From Deltaproteobacteria bacterium (GTDB lineage: Bacteria; Bdellovibrionota; JACOXK01): a stretch of 64,000 bases of DNA. The translations under genes were made by a program, and so were the position numbers. The notes beneath the pieces are model-generated. The model was given only the letters and a program-made list of their open reading frames with translations. It did no database searches and was not told where the DNA came from. This document shows positions 57,951 to 64,000 of this stretch, in pieces. Numbering within the stretch: position 1 is the stretch's first letter; every line of letters starts with the position of its first letter. The stretch spans positions 2,970-66,969 of the forward strand of contig JACPKQ010000010.1 of assembly GCA_016186995.1 (NCBI GenBank), given 5' to 3'.

Positions 57951-60468
57951 AAAAAACAATGTCATTCCAGCGAAGGCTGGAATCCAGTTTTTAAAAATTT
58001 TTATCTTTTTTATTTCTTTGCAGGTTTTTTCTGAGCCACAAGAACTTGTCAAAATAAATAAAATTAACTTTGAAGGGCTTCATGAATTTTCTGAAGTTAT
58101 TACCCTCAAAAAAATAAACTTGAGTGAGTATTCTTATGTTGAAAGAGAAGAGATTGAAAAATATGGTAATAAAATTAAAGAGCTTTATAAAAGAGAGGGT
58201 TTCTTAAAAGCAGTAGTAATCCCTCTTCTTAAAGAAGAGGGGAAAAATGAATTTAATCTTATTTTTAATATTCAAGAAAAGAACCGCAGTATTGTTCAAA
58301 GTATTTTTGTTGAAACAAATAATAAAAAAGAATTAGAAAGCCTTCTTTCTCTTGTTCAAGTAAAAAAAGGCGATTTTTTTATCTACTTTGAGTTAGAAAA
58401 AAATCTAGACATTTTTAAAAATGCACTTTACGAGAAGGGTTATGAAGAAATTGAGGATTTAAGTTTTGGGTATATTCAATCTGATAAAGATCCTTATGTT
58501 GATGTTAAATTTATTGTTAAAACAGGCCCTAAGTATATTTATCATTTTGAAGATAATGAGACTTTTAAAAACAAAGAAATTTTAAATTTAAAAAAAGAGC
58601 AAAATTGGACGCCTGAAGATTTTGCTGACAAAATTGTCGAGTTTTACAAAAAGTCAGGGTTTCATTTTAGCAAAGTCTATTTTTCTCTTAAAGAAGATAT
58701 ATCTCAAAAAGAAAAAAATCTGTTCTATAAAATTGAAGAAGGTCCTCTTGTTACAATTGAAGAGGTTTTTTTTCACGGGGCCATTTTTAGAAACTCGCTC
58801 TTTTACAAAGAGTATTTATTTGAAAAATCTAAGGATTCTCTATCTGTAAAAGCCTTTTATAGAAAATCATTTGAATCTGGATTGCCTGTTGTTATCGAAT
58901 ATTTAGGAAACCAAGGATTTTTAAAGGCTCGTATCGATCGTACCCAGTATGATTTTTCTGGAGACAATAAAAAAGTTAAAATTCATGTTTATCTCTATGA
59001 AGGCCATCAAGTTAAAATCTCTAAAATACAGATTCAAGGTATTAAAAAACGTCCCTTAAGTGAAATTATTGATGTTTTGGGTGTAAAAGAAGGAGATGCA
59101 TTTAATTTATCTTTTTTGGAAAGGTCTTTAACAAGGCTTAAAAGTTATTATCGTGAATTGGGGTTTTACTACTTTTCTTTGACAAGTGAAGAAAAAATAA
59201 TTTTTGCAACCCCAACAAATATCATTCTTGATTTACATTTTAGAGAAGGTCCTCTTGTTACAGTTCGCGAGATCGAAGTAAAAAACAACCACAGAACTAA
59301 ATCAAAAGTTATTAGAAGAGAACTCACCTTTAAAAAAGAAGATATTTTGAGATCTTCTTCTCTTTTTGAATCAGAAAATAAACTTTTACGCTTGGGGCTT
59401 TTTCAATTTGTAAATATTTTTGTTGAAAATGAAGGGACTCAAGACGCATCTAAAAATATTGTTGTTGAGGTTCAAGAAAGAAAATCTGGACTTTTTGAAT
59501 TTGGCGGTGGAATTAAAACAGAGGAAGGTTTTCAGGCTTTTTCAGGCATTTTTTATAAAAACTTAGGTGGGTGGAACAGAACCCTTTCTTTCCACGGAGA
59601 TTTTAATAGAAAAATTGAGAACCCACAGTTTATTGAAAGAGAAATCAATTTTGGAGCTCAAGAACCTTATCTTTTTGGAGTTCCCTTTATTATGAGATTG
59701 AATGCCCTTAATAAGAAAAAAGATAAAAGAGCTTACGATGTGCATACTTGGGAGGGTATTGTTAGTTTTGAATCTAAAGTGTGGGATACTTTTCGAATGC
59801 TTTTTGAATACCATTTTTCTTTTAGAGATATTTTTAATACACTTAATCCTGCTGATGAAGAAAAAAAATTACTTGGAGTTATAAAACCCGCATTTTACTT
59901 GGACTATAGAAATAACGCTCTTAACCCCTCTAGGGGCACTTTCCATTCTTTTGGGATAGAGTATGCAAGCCCTCTTCTTGGATCAGATGACAAAAATCAT
60001 TTTTATAAATTACTTGCTTCAACAAACTGGTATCTTCCCTTTGATCAAGAAGAAAATGTTGTTGTTGCTTTAGCTTTAAGGGGTGGTTTTGCCCAAAGTC
60101 TTTTAACGGGTTCGGGTATTCCTGCTGACCAAAGATTTTATTTAGGAGGGAGATCCACTATTAGAGGTTTTGAAGAAGATGAGCTGGGTGTTATTAGTAC
60201 GACAAAAGAAATTACACAAACCTATTTTTTAAATTATAAAACTGAATTAAGATTTCCTCTATTTTGGAAAATAGGGGGAGCGATCTTTGTTGATGGGGGT
60301 AATGTTGCTTTTGGAGGACTTCGAGCGTTTTCTTCAAGAGAGGCTGCTGGTCTTGGAATTCGATATTTATCGCCTGTTGGACCTCTTTCTTTTGATGCTG
60401 GGTATAAATTAGATCGACAGCCCGGTGAATCAGCCTATCAAATCCATTTTTCAATTGGTGTTTTTTAA
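57937..60468 (+). CDS. Omp85-family (BamA/TamA) outer membrane protein with POTRA domains
   Basis: POTRA repeats (YKREGF, VIRREL, LGLF), RFYLGG..IRGF, GIRYLSPVGP and terminal F; start 57922, 57937 or 57943. Confidence 0.9.
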   Translation: MNLNKKNNVIPAKAGIQFLKIFIFFISLQVFSEPQELVKINKINFEGLHEFSEVITLKKINLSEYSYVEREEIEKYGNKIKELYKREGFLKAVVIPLLKEEGKNEFNLIFNIQEKNRSIVQSIFVETNNKKELESLLSLVQVKKGDFFIYFELEKNLDIFKNALYEKGYEEIEDLSFGYIQSDKDPYVDVKFIVKTGPKYIYHFEDNETFKNKEILNLKKEQNWTPEDFADKIVEFYKKSGFHFSKVYFSLKEDISQKEKNLFYKIEEGPLVTIEEVFFHGAIFRNSLFYKEYLFEKSKDSLSVKAFYRKSFESGLPVVIEYLGNQGFLKARIDRTQYDFSGDNKKVKIHVYLYEGHQVKISKIQIQGIKKRPLSEIIDVLGVKEGDAFNLSFLERSLTRLKSYYRELGFYYFSLTSEEKIIFATPTNIILDLHFREGPLVTVREIEVKNNHRTKSKVIRRELTFKKEDILRSSSLFESENKLLRLGLFQFVNIFVENEGTQDASKNIVVEVQERKSGLFEFGGGIKTEEGFQAFSGIFYKNLGGWNRTLSFHGDFNRKIENPQFIEREINFGAQEPYLFGVPFIMRLNALNKKKDKRAYDVHTWEGIVSFESKVWDTFRMLFEYHFSFRDIFNTLNPADEEKKLLGVIKPAFYLDYRNNALNPSRGTFHSFGIEYASPLLGSDDKNHFYKLLASTNWYLPFDQEENVVVALALRGGFAQSLLTGSGIPADQRFYLGGRSTIRGFEEDELGVISTTKEITQTYFLNYKTELRFPLFWKIGGAIFVDGGNVAFGGLRAFSSREAAGLGIRYLSPVGPLSFDAGYKLDRQPGESAYQIHFSIGVF
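57960..57987 (+). repeat. REP/dRS3-like palindrome, copy C, inside the Omp85 coding sequence
   Basis: 28/28 identical to copy A; encodes VIPAKAGIQ in frame. Confidence 0.85.
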
Positions 60469-60471
60469 TAG

Positions 60472-61788
60472 CTAGCACCTCTCAACAGAAATAAATCTTG
60501 CTATAAAAAAGCCATCGGGACCTGCTAATAAAGGTGTTGAAAGAAAGCACCCATTCATATCGATAAAAGCGTGGCAGGGTTTTGGTAGAAAATCTTTTAA
60601 GTTTTGAAGCTTGAGTGTTGGATATTTTTTTAAGGTATCTTCAACAAAATCTAAAGTTTCTTCTTTTGAAAAAGTACAAACAGCATAAACAAACACCCCT
60701 CCTTTTTTCAGAAAGGGCAAAAGATTGTCTCTTATCTTTTTCTGTAACTCGGCCAACTTTTCAATATCTTCTGGTTTTTGACGCCATTTGATTTCAGGGT
60801 GGTGACGTATAATACCCCACCCTGAGCAAGGAGCGTCTAAAAGAATTTTCTCAACTTTGGGTAATAGATCCCCGCCTTTGCTGGGAGGATAATTATAAAG
60901 ATCTTTTTTTTGGAATTGAACATTTTTTATGTGAAGACGTTCCATGTTCTCTTTCATTTTTAGACTTTCCTTTTTGTCTATTGAAAGAATAGTTCCTTTA
61001 TTTCCCATCATTTGTGAAATATGAGCTGTTTTAACGCCAGGAGAAGCACAAGCATCTATAATCGTTTCATGAGATTTTGGATCTAAAGCTAAAGCAACAA
61101 GCTGAGAGGCTTCGTTTTGAATAACTAAGTTACCACTTTTAAATTCTGAAAGTTTTAAAAAAGAAATATTTTCTTGGGTTGTAAAGCTATTTTGGGCCCA
61201 AACACCTTCTTTAAGAGAGGGGAGTTTTTTTAAAAGATTGTTTTTTATATTTTGAAATGAATTCTCAAACGAGTGGATTCTAAAAGTTAAAACAGGGTGC
61301 TCATTGTTTATTTTAGAAAGTTCTAATGTTTTTTCAAAATCAAATAATTTATTCCACTTCTCAGTAAGCCAGAGGGGATGCGAGCATTGTATGCTTATTT
61401 CTTCGAGAAAAGAGGGTTTTTTTTGAAATGATTTTTTTTCAAGTTTAGATAGTTTTCTTAAAACAGCATTAATAAACCCGCGCTCTTCTTTGGTTTTAGC
61501 TAGAGAAACAGTTTCTGAAAGTGCTGCATATTGGGGAACCTTATCAATAAAATAAAGTTGGTAAATCCCCATTCTTAAAATATTTAAAATATTTTTTTTA
61601 GGTTTTTTTCTAGTGAATTGACCAATGATAAAGTCTATAAAAGATTTATTTCTAATAACACCCCAAAAAACTTCTTTAGCAAAGCGGCGATCTTTATCTA
61701 AAGTGATTCTATCGAAGTTAGAGATAATTGAAAAATCTTTCTCAAATTGATTGAGGGCTGAGTTTATAATACTTCGTCCAGTTTTCAT
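60472..61788 (-). CDS. rsmB: 16S rRNA m5C967 methyltransferase RsmB (Sun)
   Basis: NusB-like N-terminus (GFINAVLR), DACASPGVKT, DAPCSG and YAVCT motifs; start at MKTGR. Confidence 0.92.
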   Translation of the reverse strand: MKTGRSIINSALNQFEKDFSIISNFDRITLDKDRRFAKEVFWGVIRNKSFIDFIIGQFTRKKPKKNILNILRMGIYQLYFIDKVPQYAALSETVSLAKTKEERGFINAVLRKLSKLEKKSFQKKPSFLEEISIQCSHPLWLTEKWNKLFDFEKTLELSKINNEHPVLTFRIHSFENSFQNIKNNLLKKLPSLKEGVWAQNSFTTQENISFLKLSEFKSGNLVIQNEASQLVALALDPKSHETIIDACASPGVKTAHISQMMGNKGTILSIDKKESLKMKENMERLHIKNVQFQKKDLYNYPPSKGGDLLPKVEKILLDAPCSGWGIIRHHPEIKWRQKPEDIEKLAELQKKIRDNLLPFLKKGGVFVYAVCTFSKEETLDFVEDTLKKYPTLKLQNLKDFLPKPCHAFIDMNGCFLSTPLLAGPDGFFIARFISVERC

Positions 61789-61807
61789 GGGAATGACTTT
61801 GTTGTTA

Positions 61808-62236
61808 TCAGAGAATTTCTTCAGATTCTTGAGGAGTGTCAAAATCTTCTACTTCTTCATATTGAGCCTCTTCGTAAGAGGCATCTTCATTTTGGGGCGC
61901 TTCTACTTCTTCTTCTGTGTATTCTTCTTCCTCCTCTTCAATTTCTTGGGAAGCGGAAAAACTTCCACGTTTTTTGCATTGTTTTTTAAGCTTTCTTATT
62001 TCCCATTGCATTTTCATCATTTCAGAAAAGCAGACAAAAATGGAAAGAATGGATCCAGCTAAGAAAGAGCCCATAACTACAATCCAAAGAGGCACTTGAA
62101 GATGGACAGCATATTTTTTTGAAAACCCAAGCAAAGCAATAGTTACTTCTTGGATATTTTCTGTGCCAAACATAATCCCTAAAGAGAGAAGACACAGGAA
62201 AAGCATGAAATAAAGAAGTAATCTTATTGCCCGCAT
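61808..62236 (-). CDS. LapA-family membrane protein with acidic tail
   Basis: Two TMs with ENIQEVTI and VPLWIVV..FLAG; Glu-rich C-terminus. Confidence 0.7.
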   Translation of the reverse strand: MRAIRLLLYFMLFLCLLSLGIMFGTENIQEVTIALLGFSKKYAVHLQVPLWIVVMGSFLAGSILSIFVCFSEMMKMQWEIRKLKKQCKKRGSFSASQEIEEEEEEYTEEEVEAPQNEDASYEEAQYEEVEDFDTPQESEEIL

Positions 62237-62718
62237 ATTATTTTTTTAAGCGCCTCAAATTTAGGTAAAAGGGAACTGTGCACTTCTGTAAGGTCTGCCG
62301 ATAAAACCTTGGTTTCTCCAATAACAGGCATGAAATTACCATCACCCATCCATCGAGGAACAACATGGAAATGAAGGTGGTCTTCAATACCAGCACCTGC
62401 AGCACGACCTAAATTAAGTCCTATATTAAATCCCATAGAGTTCATGGCTTCTTTAAGAATACTTGTACTTTTCTGTAACAGCAAGCCTATCCTATTCATC
62501 TCATTGGGGGCCAATTCTTCTAGAGAGGCTTTGTGGGTATTGGGGCAAATAAGTATATGCCCGTTGGTATAAGGGTACTTATTGAGAACAACAAAGCATA
62601 AATCATCTTGGTAAAGAAGGGTGTGATTCTCTTTTAAAACATTACAGAGAATACATCCATTTTTCTTTTTATCGCTTTTAATATATTTAAGTCTCCAAGG
62701 AGCCCATATTCTATCCAT
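62224..62718 (-). CDS. HIT-family hydrolase (Ap4A phosphorylase-like)
   Basis: WAPWR, NKYPYTNGH and HLHFHVVPRW motifs. Confidence 0.93.
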   Translation of the reverse strand: MDRIWAPWRLKYIKSDKKKNGCILCNVLKENHTLLYQDDLCFVVLNKYPYTNGHILICPNTHKASLEELAPNEMNRIGLLLQKSTSILKEAMNSMGFNIGLNLGRAAGAGIEDHLHFHVVPRWMGDGNFMPVIGETKVLSADLTEVHSSLLPKFEALKKIICGQ

Positions 62719-62719
62719 A

Positions 62720-63622
62720 TTAATACATCCATGCGGGAAGAGTTTTTGTATAAAGGAAAAGTCTTGAAGTTATGTTTTCTACAAGGTTCTCCGACTCTAA
62801 AATATAGCTTAAAAGAGAATGCTTTTTCTTTTTTGGGTAAATAACATGGGGTTTTCCTGTAATACCGGCTAACTTTTGTGCTTCATAAACAGCATCTTCT
62901 AAAGTGCCCAAAGAATCAACAAGCCCCACTTGGTGGGCTTGTTCTCCTGTCATCACCCTTCCATCTGCAACTTCAGAAAGCTTTTGTTCATCTATTTTTT
63001 CTTTTCTGGATTCTAGAACAGTGTTTTTGAATTGCTGATAAATATTTTCAATCATATCTTGTAGAAGTTTCTTTTCTTCGGAAGACATTTCTCTGTTAGG
63101 AGAACCAACGTTTTTAAACTTTCCACTTGTGAGAGTATAAGGTTTTATTTTCGCCCACTTGTAAAATTCTTCAAGATTAGCAAAATCCATTTTAACTCCA
63201 ATACTTGCTGTAAGAGTACCAGGGCTTGCTACAATGGTATCTGCGGCACAGGCAATATAATATCCCCCACTTGCTGCAATAGTTTCCATGGAGGCTACCA
63301 CAAATTTTAAATTGTCTTCTTTAAGGCGCTTAAGTTCACGGTAAATTTCCTGAGAGGGAGCTACAAGCCCTCCAGGAGAATTAATGCGAATAATAACGGC
63401 TTTAATATTTTTATTTTCTTTAATATTCCTAATTTTTTCTAAAATTTCTTCGCTTTCAGTAATAATCCCTTCTACTTTAAGAATAGCAATGCTGTTGGGC
63501 CGAGCCCCTGCATAATCTGTTTCTTCGGATAAGAAGGATGTGAACAAAAATTTTATAAGAAGAAAAAAAGAAACGAGAAGAACACAAACAACAATCCACT
63601 TTCTTTTTTTTGGGTTTGCCAC
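62720..63622 (-). CDS. sppA: Signal peptide peptidase SppA (S49)
   Basis: INSPGG, AASGGYYIA, SIGV and DGRVMTGEQA motifs. Confidence 0.93.
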   Translation of the reverse strand: MANPKKRKWIVVCVLLVSFFLLIKFLFTSFLSEETDYAGARPNSIAILKVEGIITESEEILEKIRNIKENKNIKAVIIRINSPGGLVAPSQEIYRELKRLKEDNLKFVVASMETIAASGGYYIACAADTIVASPGTLTASIGVKMDFANLEEFYKWAKIKPYTLTSGKFKNVGSPNREMSSEEKKLLQDMIENIYQQFKNTVLESRKEKIDEQKLSEVADGRVMTGEQAHQVGLVDSLGTLEDAVYEAQKLAGITGKPHVIYPKKKKHSLLSYILESENLVENITSRLFLYTKTLPAWMY

Positions 63623-63677
63623 AATGGTTTTATTATAGATTTTTTTGGAATTAAAGACAATAGGAGAAGCCTAAAAC

Positions 63678-64000
63678 CTATTTTTCTTTTTTTCCTTTTT
63701 TCTTTTCTTTTTTAAAGATGTCGCCCAAAGTTGCTTTGGAGCCAGGTTGTTCTGACAGATATTTATCAAAGTCTTCCTCGTGAAGAGCCTTTATACTTAC
63801 AGCTATTTTTCTTTCAGTAAGATCAAGGTTAATAACTTTGCCTTCAAGGGTGTCCCCTTCTTTGAGAAGATCTTTAGGGTTTTCATCCTTATCTTTGCCC
63901 GAAACAAGCTCCCCACTTCGAACTAAAGCCTCAACACCGTCTGGAAACTCAATAAAAACGCCAAAATCAGTTATTTTAACAACCGTACCTTTGACTTTTG
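63678..64000 (-). CDS. rpsA: 30S ribosomal protein S1; 3' part only, start beyond the window
   Basis: Not in the ORF track. Manual translation KVKGTVVKITDFGVFIEFPDGVEALV..ATLGDIF..stop at 63678; S1 domain and rpsA-sppA synteny. Confidence 0.88.
   Translation of the reverse strand, partial: KVKGTVVKITDFGVFIEFPDGVEALVRSGELVSGKDKDENPKDLLKEGDTLEGKVINLDLTERKIAVSIKALHEEDFDKYLSEQPGSKATLGDIFKKEKKKGKKEK

Noticed and set aside
37960..57987. REP copies A and C are exactly 20,000 bp apart
   Set aside because: The flanks are unrelated and no mechanism depends on this spacing; treated as coincidence.

Overview
AT-rich bacterial chromosomal segment spanning the replication origin. Its gene order resembles Bdellovibrionota/deltaproteobacteria: parAB-bactofilin-atpF'FHAGDC on one side of oriC, dnaN-gyrB-gyrA-TPR-atpZ-atpI-atpB-atpE on the other, plus mfd-PPIases-surA-pdxA and rpsA-sppA-HIT-lapA. 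Most of it is core housekeeping: rpmH-rnpA-yidD-yidC-jag-mnmE-mnmG-rsmG, two perfect parS sites, and oriC between dnaA and dnaN with DnaA boxes and DnaA-trios. The signals not explained by the core genes are mostly non-coding. (1) A ~230 bp multi-hairpin element with 23-bp terminal inverted repeats lies between mnmG and rsmG. (2) A 28-bp REP/dRS3-like palindrome family has two inverted copies bracketing an antisense TauE-like gene inside the mfd-surA cluster, and an identical copy translated in frame in the signal peptide of an Omp85 protein. (3) oriC contains a perfect 40-bp duplication. (4) Sigma70-type promoters repeatedly end only 5-9 nt before start codons, a leaderless-mRNA signature. 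No rRNA, intact tRNA, CRISPR array, transposase or integrase was recognised. All calls come from reading the sequence by eye; no searches were run.
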